Made by a program: the position numbers and the translations under genes. Shown here one piece after another: positions 52,157-60,977 of a stretch of DNA of 64,000 nt. The notes beneath the pieces are model-generated. The model was not told the DNA's origin and did no database searches. It saw only the letters and a list, made by a program, of their open reading frames with translations. The stretch comes from an uncultured Fibrobacteria bacterium. Its GTDB lineage: Bacteria > Fibrobacterota > Fibrobacteria > UBA11236. Where the stretch lies: positions 704,001 through 768,000 of the forward strand of contig OY970309.1 of the NCBI GenBank assembly GCA_963716395.1. The letters run 5' to 3'. Positions within the stretch are counted from its first letter, which is position 1. Every line of letters begins with the position of its first letter.

Positions 52157-54496
52157 TTGCGAGGATGGAAACTTTCCGCAGAGAGGACAAAACGATTGGA
52201 AAAGATCGCGACCGACACCACGGCCGCATGCGACTGGGCTTGGCGTCTGGCAACCCTGGTTACGACGCGCCCCGGCCTGGTCGTAGGCCTTTGGGGCGCA
52301 GTCTTCCTGCTGGCTTTGCCGCTTGCCCTCCGGGCGCCGACGCGCCTGTCAAGCGGATCCGGGGACATTCCCCATAGCCCGTCGTATGCCGCCGACAGCC
52401 TTCTGGCCAAGGATTTCGACAATCCCTATTCCCAATTGCTGGTGTTGACCCTAAAATCTTCCCGACCTCAATCCGATTCGGATTCCACCGAAACCGAAAT
52501 CCTGCGTGAGGTGGAGCAATCTCTCTCGGGTTTACCCCAGGTCACCGAAGTGATGACCTCGGAACACATGTTGGACAAGCGCCTGCTTCCGATCCCCGGC
52601 ACCGGATCGATTGCGCTCATCGGGGTGAAGACGGAGTTCATTCAAAAAGCCGATCACGCCGTCTCCGCCATTCGTCAGAGGGTAAATCCCATCCTGGAAC
52701 ATTATCGCAAAAAAGATCCCGGCCTGCGCTGGGCGGTGACGGGCCGTGCGGCGCTCTCGTACGATTTCAACCGCTTTAACGCCCGGGAAGCGCGTACCGC
52801 CGAAGTCCGCATGATTCCCTTGACCCTTTTGATTCTGCTGGCCACCTTCGGATCGCTGACGGCGGCGGGACTTCCGCTGCTGCTGGGAATTCTGGCGACG
52901 ATCATTTGCATGGGAGTTGTGTTCCTCATCGCGCGCCATGGGGAAGTTTCGAATCTGGTGGAGAACACCTCCAGCATGATCGGTTTGGCGGTGGGCATCG
53001 ATTACAGCCTCCTGCTCGTACACCGCTACCGCGAATCCCTCGCCGGCATGGTTCTCCGCGCAGGAGGCGTTGCGCACCCGCTATTACGCAAGCGCGCCTT
53101 GATCGCCTGCATGGGCATTGCGGGTAAAACGGTTTTATACAGCGGAATCACCGTCGTAATTGGATTGGCCGGCCTGCTGTTCACCCCGGAAATGGAAACC
53201 CGATCGATTGGACTGGGTGGCGTCTTGGCGGTAATGATCGCGCTCATGGCGGCTTTGACGCTGCTCCCCGCCCTCATGGTTTGGCTGGGACCCAAACTGG
53301 ACGAACGCGCGCTGGCTTTCCGGGTCCGGAGAACAGAACCTCGCAACCGCATCTGGGCCTGGTGGTCCGCGGGTTTGATGCGCCGAGCTCCGTGGGCGGT
53401 GATCGCCGGCCTGAGTGCCATTGCCGCTTTATCCTGGCCCGCCCACGCCGCGCGCTTTGGATTTCCGGAAGGCAATTTCATTCCGCAGGAAATGGAGTTC
53501 ACGCGCGGCTTTACCATGCTGCGCACCATGGGGTTGCAGGGGGTGCTTTCGCCTCTCGATGTCATGCTGACCACGCGCGACGGCGGCCCGGTGCTGAAGC
53601 CGGAGCGGATTCCCGATCTCTACGCCCTGTCGGCGCACATCAAGCGCGTGCCGATCGTGTCGCATCTATTCGGGCCGGTGGATTTGAGCGACTCACAGCC
53701 CTTGGTGAAGTATCAGAATTTATATGCGGATCCGGACGGCGCTCTGGAGGATATGCCCTTCGTCCGGCAATTCTTTCTTTCCCAAGACGAGCGTTCTTTG
53801 TTGCTGCAGGTGGTGCTGAAAGACGGCACCCCGTTAGCGGCTTCGGAACGATTGGCCCGGGAAATTCCGACCTGGGTCAACCAGCGGCTCTTCCAAATCC
53901 GCGAGGGCGGGCAGGCCGTGCAATCCGAAGATTTCGACCGCGCCACCGAATCCGCTTATGCGCCCACGGTGCTTTTTGTGCTCGCGGCCACCCTCGGCAT
54001 TCTTCTCCTCTTATTTCGGGCGCCGCTGGTTTCGCTCAAAGCTCTGTTTATGAACGCGCTTTCGGTCGGCGCGGGGTACGGGATGGTGGTTTACGTCTTC
54101 CAGTTGGGTCACGGGCATTCCCTGTTCGGAATGCCGGGGCCGGCGGGGGTGGTTCCGCTTTCCATTCCGCTTCTCCTGTTCTGCATCCTGTTCGGACTGA
54201 GCATGGACTATGAGGTGTTTCTCCTGAATCGCATTCGCGAAGGGTATCTCAAGAACCGGGACAACACCCGTTCGGTGGCCGAGGGATTGACGGCCACGGG
54301 ACCCGTCATCACCAGCGCGGCCTTGATCATGGCTTCGGTGTTCGGCGCCTTCGCCTTTTCGCGGACCATTGAAATTCAGATGCTGGGATTGGGATTGGCC
54401 GTAGCCGTTCTCGTCGATGCCTTCATCCTCCGCATTTTGCTCGCACCCGCCATCATGAAGCTGGCCGGAAAATGGAACTGGTGGCCCGCGACCTAA
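52157..54496 (+). CDS. MMPL-family (RND superfamily) transporter; start uncertain
   Basis: GLAVGIDYSLL..RYRE, FGLSMDYEVFLL.RIRE, TGPVITSAALIM and GKWNWW motifs. Confidence 0.92.
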   Translation: MRGWKLSAERTKRLEKIATDTTAACDWAWRLATLVTTRPGLVVGLWGAVFLLALPLALRAPTRLSSGSGDIPHSPSYAADSLLAKDFDNPYSQLLVLTLKSSRPQSDSDSTETEILREVEQSLSGLPQVTEVMTSEHMLDKRLLPIPGTGSIALIGVKTEFIQKADHAVSAIRQRVNPILEHYRKKDPGLRWAVTGRAALSYDFNRFNAREARTAEVRMIPLTLLILLATFGSLTAAGLPLLLGILATIICMGVVFLIARHGEVSNLVENTSSMIGLAVGIDYSLLLVHRYRESLAGMVLRAGGVAHPLLRKRALIACMGIAGKTVLYSGITVVIGLAGLLFTPEMETRSIGLGGVLAVMIALMAALTLLPALMVWLGPKLDERALAFRVRRTEPRNRIWAWWSAGLMRRAPWAVIAGLSAIAALSWPAHAARFGFPEGNFIPQEMEFTRGFTMLRTMGLQGVLSPLDVMLTTRDGGPVLKPERIPDLYALSAHIKRVPIVSHLFGPVDLSDSQPLVKYQNLYADPDGALEDMPFVRQFFLSQDERSLLLQVVLKDGTPLAASERLAREIPTWVNQRLFQIREGGQAVQSEDFDRATESAYAPTVLFVLAATLGILLLLFRAPLVSLKALFMNALSVGAGYGMVVYVFQLGHGHSLFGMPGPAGVVPLSIPLLLFCILFGLSMDYEVFLLNRIREGYLKNRDNTRSVAEGLTATGPVITSAALIMASVFGAFAFSRTIEIQMLGLGLAVAVLVDAFILRILLAPAIMKLAGKWNWWPAT

Positions 54497-54674
54497 GGGT
54501 ACCTCTCATAATGCCTTTCTACTCGAATCGGCTCCGACACTTCGGCCAAGTTCGTCGCGCTACATCGGCGATATTCAAGCCATATTCCGCCTGAGGCGGA
54601 CTTCGCGCTCCTGCTTGGCCTCGGTCTCGCTTCCGCCTTCGGCGGACTTACGAAATTCATTATGAGAGGTTCCC
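54497..54674. mobile_element. MITE-like element, copy 2 (diverged relative of copy 1)
   Basis: TIRs GGGTACCTCTCATAATG / CATTATGAGAGGTTCCC; shares GCGATATTCAAGCCATA with copy 1; similar length. Confidence 0.72.
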
Positions 54675-54833
54675 ATAAAATTTTTCCCCGTTGGCACGGC
54701 TGGCTTTGCAAAAAAATTCTCCAAAGTTTGGGGCGGCAGAGCCGAGTCTTTCTCGATCGTAACGTAACGAATTCAACCCTCTAACTTCAAAAATAAAGCG
54801 AAGTCTTTGCCGTTCATTCCAACCCTTTCCGAC

Positions 54834-54860
54834 TCAAGGAAATTCAAATCCAGGCGATAA
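54834..54860 (+). promoter_or_regulatory. Sigma28 (FliA)-like promoter
   Basis: TCAA-N15-GGCGATAA; a weaker CAAAGTTT-N11-GCCGAG site lies at 54722-54746. Confidence 0.6.
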
Positions 54861-54905
54861 AATTCCCAGGGGAGGAGACATCCTCCGCAAAGTAAGGAGA
54901 GACTC

Positions 54906-55295
54906 ATGGGGATGAGTATCGGTGGATCAACTTCGGCGGGAGTCGGCCAAAGTGCGGCCGTCGGAAACTGGCAACAACGCCAACAAAACTTTTCCAATCT
55001 GACCTCGGCATTGCAGTCGGGCAATCTCAGCGCGGCCCAACAGGCATTTTCAAGTTTGTCCGGCAACAGCAGCAATGTCAGCAGCAACAGTCCCCTGGCC
55101 CAACTCGGTCAAGCTTTACAGAGCGGCAATCTGACCGCGGCCCAGCAGGCGATGCAAACCCTGATGAGCCAACGCGGCGGCCATCATCACCACCATGGCG
55201 GGCAGAATTCCCAAGCGAATGCGGCCTCGACAACCGCAACACCTCCGGTTACCAACAGCTATGGAACCGGGTCTCTCGTCAATACCGTGGCATGA
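54906..55295 (+). CDS. Small Q/S-rich protein with duplicated LQSGNLxAAQQA motif and poly-His
   Basis: TAAGGAG RBS; two LQSGNL(S/T)AAQQA repeats, HHHHH, C-terminus GSLVNTVA. Confidence 0.8.
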   Translation: MGMSIGGSTSAGVGQSAAVGNWQQRQQNFSNLTSALQSGNLSAAQQAFSSLSGNSSNVSSNSPLAQLGQALQSGNLTAAQQAMQTLMSQRGGHHHHHGGQNSQANAASTTATPPVTNSYGTGSLVNTVA

Positions 55296-55321
55296 TATAG
55301 CGCGATTCCCGCATCGCTCCT

Positions 55322-57001
55322 ATGCGGCACCTTGGGCCCATCGCCGGCATCGCCTCCAGCGGGAGGTACATCGCCACCGCCGGTTACGACAACCGGATCC
55401 TTTTGTGGCATGCCGGCAATCGCGAAGCCCTGGCGCGTGCCAACCATGATCACCTGGTCAACCACTGCGCCTTCAGCCATGACGGCCGCTGGCTGGTCAG
55501 TTCCAGCAGCGACTATTCCGCCCGCGTCTGGTCGGTGCCGACCCTGCGATTACAGGCCGTATTGCCGGGGCATGGCGACGACGTCGACATGGCGGTGTTT
55601 TCGCCGGACGACAGCCGCATCGCCACCTGCGCCTTGGACCGCTGCGTCCGAATTTTCGATTTGGAAGGGCGATGTCTGCACACCTTGCGCGGGCATACCG
55701 GCAATGTGCTTTCGCTATCCTGGACCAAAGACGGACGGTACGTGGTTTCCTCCAGCGTCGACGGAACCCTCCGAACCTGGGATGCCGTCGGCGGAGCCGC
55801 CTGGGAAACCACCGATTTGCAGGTACGCACCGACAGCGTTGCGGTCGATGCGCAGGGAGTCATTTACGCCGGCGATGATCGAGGTCGCATCGCCATCGTC
55901 CAAAACGGTTGCGTCCGCTTCGTGCGCGCCCATGGCGCCGGGGTCAAAAAAGTGGCTTTGAATGCCCGGCAGGATTCTTTGGTCTCGCTGAGCTACGACC
56001 GTACCTTGTGTGTCTGGAATATCGGCGGACAAAGGGACCTGGAGGAGCGGATTCGCACCACCCTGCCTGAAACCATCTGGGCTCGGGCCGCCACCTTCTT
56101 GGAGGACGGGCGGATTGCCACGGGAACATTCGGGTCGACCTATGCCCTGTTCGATCCAATATCCGCGCAATGGGACGTGCAGGGAGTCGCCGCCGGCGAG
56201 GCCATCAACGCCGTTCTCAATGTGGCCGGGAACATCTACAGCGTCGGCGACGCGGGACAAGTCCGCATCGACGGTGAGCCCGCGGCGGAGATGGGCAGCC
56301 TGTGTAACTTTCTCGTGGCGGCCGGGGACCGGGTATTCACCGGCGGCCAAATGGGAAAACTTTTCGACGCCCATACCGGCCGGGTTCTGTATACACACCA
56401 CTCCCCGCTCAATTGCGGCGCGGCCTGGGACCATAACGGCGCCCCCCAGCTCGCGGTTGGAACCTATACCGGGGAAATATTGATCCTGGAGCCCGATTCA
56501 CATCGCGGCGGCATGAACCTCGTTGCGGAACTCAAGGTTTATGAAAACGCAGTAAAAAGCTTGTGCGGCAGCGACGGGCTTTTGTTTTCGGTTTGCGCCT
56601 CGACCGATATCGCCTGGCACCGCATCTCGGATTGGTCCCTAGTGAAGCGCGTCGACAAAGCCCATGATCGCATCGCCAATGCGGGCTGCGCCTTGGGCAA
56701 CCGCCGTTTTGCCAGCGTCGGACGCGATCGCACCTTACGCCTTTGGGACGCCGGCCAAGTCCAAGTCTTCCCCAGCCCGCATCCGAATTCGGTGAAATGC
56801 CTGGGCGTCGACGACGCGCACACGGCCCTGTTGACCGGAAGCTATGGGGGCACGCTGGCCCTCTTCGATTTGGTTCATTTGCGCTGGACTTCGCTGCATC
56901 GGCCGACCACCGCGGGTATCTCGTCCATCGCCTGGGACGACGCGCGTCAGCGTTTTCTCGCCGCCTCCTACAATGGTACGATCTATCCCGTAGCGGCATG
57001 A
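55322..57001 (+). CDS. WD40-repeat beta-propeller protein
   Basis: Repeated GH...V..FS.DG..S.S.D...RVW units across 559 aa. Confidence 0.9.
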   Translation: MRHLGPIAGIASSGRYIATAGYDNRILLWHAGNREALARANHDHLVNHCAFSHDGRWLVSSSSDYSARVWSVPTLRLQAVLPGHGDDVDMAVFSPDDSRIATCALDRCVRIFDLEGRCLHTLRGHTGNVLSLSWTKDGRYVVSSSVDGTLRTWDAVGGAAWETTDLQVRTDSVAVDAQGVIYAGDDRGRIAIVQNGCVRFVRAHGAGVKKVALNARQDSLVSLSYDRTLCVWNIGGQRDLEERIRTTLPETIWARAATFLEDGRIATGTFGSTYALFDPISAQWDVQGVAAGEAINAVLNVAGNIYSVGDAGQVRIDGEPAAEMGSLCNFLVAAGDRVFTGGQMGKLFDAHTGRVLYTHHSPLNCGAAWDHNGAPQLAVGTYTGEILILEPDSHRGGMNLVAELKVYENAVKSLCGSDGLLFSVCASTDIAWHRISDWSLVKRVDKAHDRIANAGCALGNRRFASVGRDRTLRLWDAGQVQVFPSPHPNSVKCLGVDDAHTALLTGSYGGTLALFDLVHLRWTSLHRPTTAGISSIAWDDARQRFLAASYNGTIYPVAA

Positions 57002-57597
57002 GCAAACTTTTATTCGTGTCGGGCAGCCTCCGGCGCGATTCCTTCAACACCAGGCTGTTGCGCTTCTTGGCGCAAAGTCTCGCAGAGCGCTGCGGGGTGG
57101 ATTTTCTCGAACCCGCCCAGGTCGACTTGCCGTTCTTCGATGAGGATTTGGAAACCCAACCCGCCCTGGTGGAGCGCGTGGCGGCGCTGCATCACCGGTT
57201 TCAAGCCTGCGACGGTCTGGTCGTGGCCAGCCCCGAATACAACGGACAACCCACGGCCTATTTGAAAAACCTGATCGATTGGATCTCGCGTTGGGCGCAT
57301 ATCGATCCGCAGTGCAAAAACCCCTTTCCCGGACGAACGCTGTTGTTGTGCAGCGCGTCGACGGGATGGAGCGGCGGCGCCGTGGCGTTGCCCCAGGCGC
57401 GGGCTCTTTTCGCGTATGTCGGCTGCCTAGTGGCGGCCGAAACCATTTGTGTTCCCTATGCCGATCAAGTCTGGATGGAAAATCAATTTTCCTTCGATCC
57501 GTTTTTTGAAGATCGCCTGCACGCCGCTTGCGAAAGTTTTTTGCAAGTGACGGAGGCCTGCCTGCGGATTCGTTGCGAACGCCACGAAATGGCATGA
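56998..57597 (+). CDS. NAD(P)H-dependent FMN reductase (flavodoxin fold)
   Basis: SGSLRRDSFN and SPEYNG....LKNLIDWISR motifs; ATGA overlap with the WD40 gene. Confidence 0.9.
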   Translation: MSKLLFVSGSLRRDSFNTRLLRFLAQSLAERCGVDFLEPAQVDLPFFDEDLETQPALVERVAALHHRFQACDGLVVASPEYNGQPTAYLKNLIDWISRWAHIDPQCKNPFPGRTLLLCSASTGWSGGAVALPQARALFAYVGCLVAAETICVPYADQVWMENQFSFDPFFEDRLHAACESFLQVTEACLRIRCERHEMA

Positions 57598-58610
57598 CGC
57601 CTGCGTCCTCCCCCCCGCCGCATTGGCCGCATTTTTCGCACACCCTGTGCGGCGAAATGACCGACCGCGAAAGGCTGGGCTTGCCCGGGCATTACCTCGC
57701 TGCGCGTTTGGATGACGACTTGACACGGTCCTATTCCGAGTTGCAGGGCGCGACGAAGTTTGATTTGCTCAACACTTTGTCGGAGATCGAGAGCCCCCTG
57801 GCGAAACGCATTGCGGCGGGCAATTTGCTGGCACTGGTCGGCGATCCCCGCCTCTGCCCCGAAACGCCGGAGATGCTGGATATTCCCGGCGGCGAGGCAA
57901 CGTTGGGGCTCGCGGCGGATGAGGTTTCTCTCGTGCTGGATAAGTTTACGGGATTGGGCCTCGATCGAAGTTGGATCGAAAAAGAGTGCCCGCCATACCG
58001 TTTGGTTTTGCCCCCCTACCGTTTCGCCCGCTATCCAGTCACGAACGCCGAATACCGGGCGTTTCTTGTGGCGACCGGGCATCCAGAGCTGCCTTCCAGT
58101 TGGCATTTCCGGCGCTTCCCCCGCGAGCGCGCCAACCATCCGGTTTACACGGTCAGCCCCGCGTCGGCCGACGCTTATGCGCAATGGTTGGCGAAGCGAA
58201 CGGGCCGGGATTTTCGCTTGCCGACCGAAGCCGAATGGGAATGGGCCGCGGCCGGAAGCGAAAGACGGGAGTTTCCGTGGGGAGATGATTTCAAGCCCGA
58301 CCTGGCCAATACCGCCGAGACCGGGCTTTTCACCACTTCACCCGTGGGCGCTTTTCGGGAGGGCGCGTCACCCTTCGGCGTCCAGGACATGGCGGGCAAC
58401 GTGGAAGAATACGTTGCCGACGATTATGCACCCTATCCGGGAGGCGCCTTCGTCTCCGATCATTTGACGCAAATCCACGGCCGTTACCGCATTGCCCGCG
58501 GCGGCAGTTTCGCCCGCTTTCGCGATCTGGCACGCACGCGGCGACGCCATGGACATAACCCCAAATCGGCGACCTATGCCATGGGATTCCGGCTCGCCGC
58601 AAGCGTTTGA
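57594..58610 (+). CDS. FGE-sulfatase-fold (SUMF1/EgtB/PvdO-like) protein
   Basis: IPGG..LG, YPVTNAEY..F, HPV..V, RLPTEAEWE.AA, FPWG, DMAGNV.E, RGGSF and GFRL motifs; ATGA overlap. Confidence 0.9.
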   Translation: MTPASSPPPHWPHFSHTLCGEMTDRERLGLPGHYLAARLDDDLTRSYSELQGATKFDLLNTLSEIESPLAKRIAAGNLLALVGDPRLCPETPEMLDIPGGEATLGLAADEVSLVLDKFTGLGLDRSWIEKECPPYRLVLPPYRFARYPVTNAEYRAFLVATGHPELPSSWHFRRFPRERANHPVYTVSPASADAYAQWLAKRTGRDFRLPTEAEWEWAAAGSERREFPWGDDFKPDLANTAETGLFTTSPVGAFREGASPFGVQDMAGNVEEYVADDYAPYPGGAFVSDHLTQIHGRYRIARGGSFARFRDLARTRRRHGHNPKSATYAMGFRLAASV

Positions 58611-58634
58611 AGCCCCAACCCGAACTTCACGGCC

Positions 58635-59885
58635 ATGGCGCATCTTCTCATGCTGGAATTGCCGGGCGGCAACGACGATGACATCCTGCGCGCCGCCCTT
58701 GAGCGCGGCGATGAATTCACCTTTCTAACCGCCGATCTGGATCATTACCGGCGTCACAAGACGATTCGTGCGCAACTGGATCAGGCGCGAGAATGGATTG
58801 AAGTCAATCCGTTTGAGTATAAAACCGTCGAGCTGCGCGTGTTGGAAGCGCATGCAAAGCACGGATTTGACGCCGTGCTTTGTCTCCTCGATACCCGCCT
58901 GCCCGAGGCGGCGCGGCTGGCACAGCGGCTTGGGCTTCGACATGTGAACCCCGTCAGCGCCGCGCTATTGCGCGACAAGTTCCAGGTTCGCCGGCGATTG
59001 GCGGAATGCGGCATCGCGCAACCCGCCTTTGCCTTGGCCACCTCGAATGCGGCACTGCAAACGGCGGTGACCCGGCTCGGGTTACCGGTTCTCATTAAAC
59101 CGGCGGACGGCTACGGCTCGCAGAACATCGTGGTCTTGCGCCACCCGGAAGATCTCGATCCCCGCTTGAGCCCGTTGGAAGAAATGTTGCCCAGCCGGGT
59201 CGATTATGGGCTGGGCGTGAAGGCCAACGATCGACTGCTGGTCGAACGCTACCTGGGCGGCACGGTCCTGGGTTGCGACACGCTGACGGCGGACGGCCGC
59301 CACTGCCTCCTCGGAGTCCATGAAAAACAATTTTTCGCGCCGCCCTCTTTCGCCATTCGCGGAGGGTGTTTCCAGCCGAACCGCCTGGAGTTTGAAAGTA
59401 TCGAGCGTTACGTATTTTCGGTGTTGGACGCTGTCGGCTTTGATTGGGGCGCGGCGCATACGGAGTTGATGATCACTTCCGCGGGACTGCGTCTCATCGA
59501 AATCAATCCCCGGCTGGTCGGCGCCAAAATTCCCCGGCTGGTGGGATATGCCTTGAACCGTTCGCTGCATGCCGATCTGATCGCCTTGCATTTGGGGGAA
59601 ACGACATTCCCCCCTGCGGTCCAATCGGACCAAATCGCGGTAAGCCGGTGGATTACGGCGGATCGTGCCGGTGTACTGGAGCATGTCGAGTTACCCGCCC
59701 TGAGCGACCCTCACCTCCGCCACGTTGAACTTTTGAAAAAATCCGGAGATTCCGTGCGCCCGCCGCTGGAGAACAACGACCGGATTGGCTATGTCATGGC
59801 CTGTGGAAACGACCGGGTTTCGGTGGAACGCTCGGCGGATGATTTTGTGGCCCGGTGTCGTTGTCAAATTCGGGTCGAAGATTGA
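58635..59885 (+). CDS. ATP-grasp ligase, L-amino-acid-ligase-like
   Basis: RDKFQVR, IKPADGYGS, VERYLGG, HTEL and IEINPRL motifs; LAL_C2-like tail GDSVRP....DRIGYV. Confidence 0.85.
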   Translation: MAHLLMLELPGGNDDDILRAALERGDEFTFLTADLDHYRRHKTIRAQLDQAREWIEVNPFEYKTVELRVLEAHAKHGFDAVLCLLDTRLPEAARLAQRLGLRHVNPVSAALLRDKFQVRRRLAECGIAQPAFALATSNAALQTAVTRLGLPVLIKPADGYGSQNIVVLRHPEDLDPRLSPLEEMLPSRVDYGLGVKANDRLLVERYLGGTVLGCDTLTADGRHCLLGVHEKQFFAPPSFAIRGGCFQPNRLEFESIERYVFSVLDAVGFDWGAAHTELMITSAGLRLIEINPRLVGAKIPRLVGYALNRSLHADLIALHLGETTFPPAVQSDQIAVSRWITADRAGVLEHVELPALSDPHLRHVELLKKSGDSVRPPLENNDRIGYVMACGNDRVSVERSADDFVARCRCQIRVED

Positions 59886-59963
59886 ATTCGCCGTTTACCC
59901 CTCCAAAAAAAATTGTTCGGCCCCGGTTAACTTTGCATTTTTTCAATTCGTGCTTTTCCGGAG

Positions 59964-60977
59964 GTGAAGGTGAACATCCAAGCGATTTTTTGGTCCGCGA
60001 TTTTGGCGGCGACGTCCCTGGGCCTGGCCGCACCGGCTGCGAAGGGCTTGCCGCCCGGGCTCTACGCCGACATCTACACCAACAAAGGCCTCATCACCTG
60101 CCGGCTCGACTTTGAAAAAGCGCCGCTCACCGTCACCAATTTTGTGGGCCTGGCCGAAGGCACCAAGCAACACAATCGCGCCGGCGTCAAGCATTTCTAC
60201 GACGGGCTCACCTTTCACCGGGTGGTGCCGGGTTTCGTGATTCAGGGAGGCGATCCCCAAGGCAACGGCATGGGTGGACCGGGGTACAAATTCCCCGATG
60301 AAATCAACCCCGAACTTAAACACGACAAACCGGGAATTCTGGCCATGGCCAATTCCGGACCCAACACCAACGGCAGCCAGTTCTACATCACCCTCGCCCC
60401 CGAGCCGAATCTCGACGGGAAATACAACGTATTCGGGTCGGTGGTGAATGGAATGGACGTGGTGCGGGCCATCCAGGTCGGCGACAAGATGGACAGCGTG
60501 CGCATTGAGCGCATGGGCGCAAACGCCAAAGCCTTCCACGCCACCGAGGCGAAATTCCAGGCCCTGGTCAAAAAAGTCGGAGGCGAAAAAGCGCATGAGG
60601 AAAAACCAGGCGAAGCCAAATTGGCCGCTCTGGAAAAACGGGCCAAAACCACGCCTTCGGGTCTCAAATACATCATCACGCATCCGGGTAGCGGACCCAA
60701 GCCCGCGCGTGGAACCTTGGTCACGGTGCATTACACCGGCACCTTGGCCAACGGCAAGAAATTCGACAGCTCGCGCGATCGCGGCCGACCCTTTCAATTC
60801 AAGGTGGGCCTGGGCATGGTGATCCCCGGATGGGACGAGGCCATTCTCGACATGCGCAAAGGCGAGCGCCGCATTCTGATCATTCCGCCCAACCTGGCCT
60901 ACGGCGCGCAAGGTGCGCCTCCGGTGATCCCCCCCAATGCGACCTTGATATTCGACGTGGAACTGCTGGATTTTTAA
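59964..60977 (+). CDS. Exported dual-family peptidyl-prolyl isomerase (cyclophilin + FKBP)
   Basis: FHRVVPGFVIQGGDP and MANSGPNTNGSQF (cyclophilin), then VHYTGTL.NGKKFDSS, VIPGWDE and IPPNATLIFDVEL (FKBP). Confidence 0.95.
   Translation: MKVNIQAIFWSAILAATSLGLAAPAAKGLPPGLYADIYTNKGLITCRLDFEKAPLTVTNFVGLAEGTKQHNRAGVKHFYDGLTFHRVVPGFVIQGGDPQGNGMGGPGYKFPDEINPELKHDKPGILAMANSGPNTNGSQFYITLAPEPNLDGKYNVFGSVVNGMDVVRAIQVGDKMDSVRIERMGANAKAFHATEAKFQALVKKVGGEKAHEEKPGEAKLAALEKRAKTTPSGLKYIITHPGSGPKPARGTLVTVHYTGTLANGKKFDSSRDRGRPFQFKVGLGMVIPGWDEAILDMRKGERRILIIPPNLAYGAQGAPPVIPPNATLIFDVELLDF

Noticed and set aside
50759-54674. Composite transposon bounded by the two MITEs carrying the MMPL gene
   Set aside because: The copies are internally diverged and the outer flanks do not form a clear target-site duplication.
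54906-59885. 129-aa protein as a RiPP (graspetide) precursor for the ATP-grasp enzyme
   Set aside because: The peptide has no Asp, Glu or Lys for ester or amide crosslinks, and the ATP-grasp looks like an amino-acid ligase. The adjacency may be coincidental.
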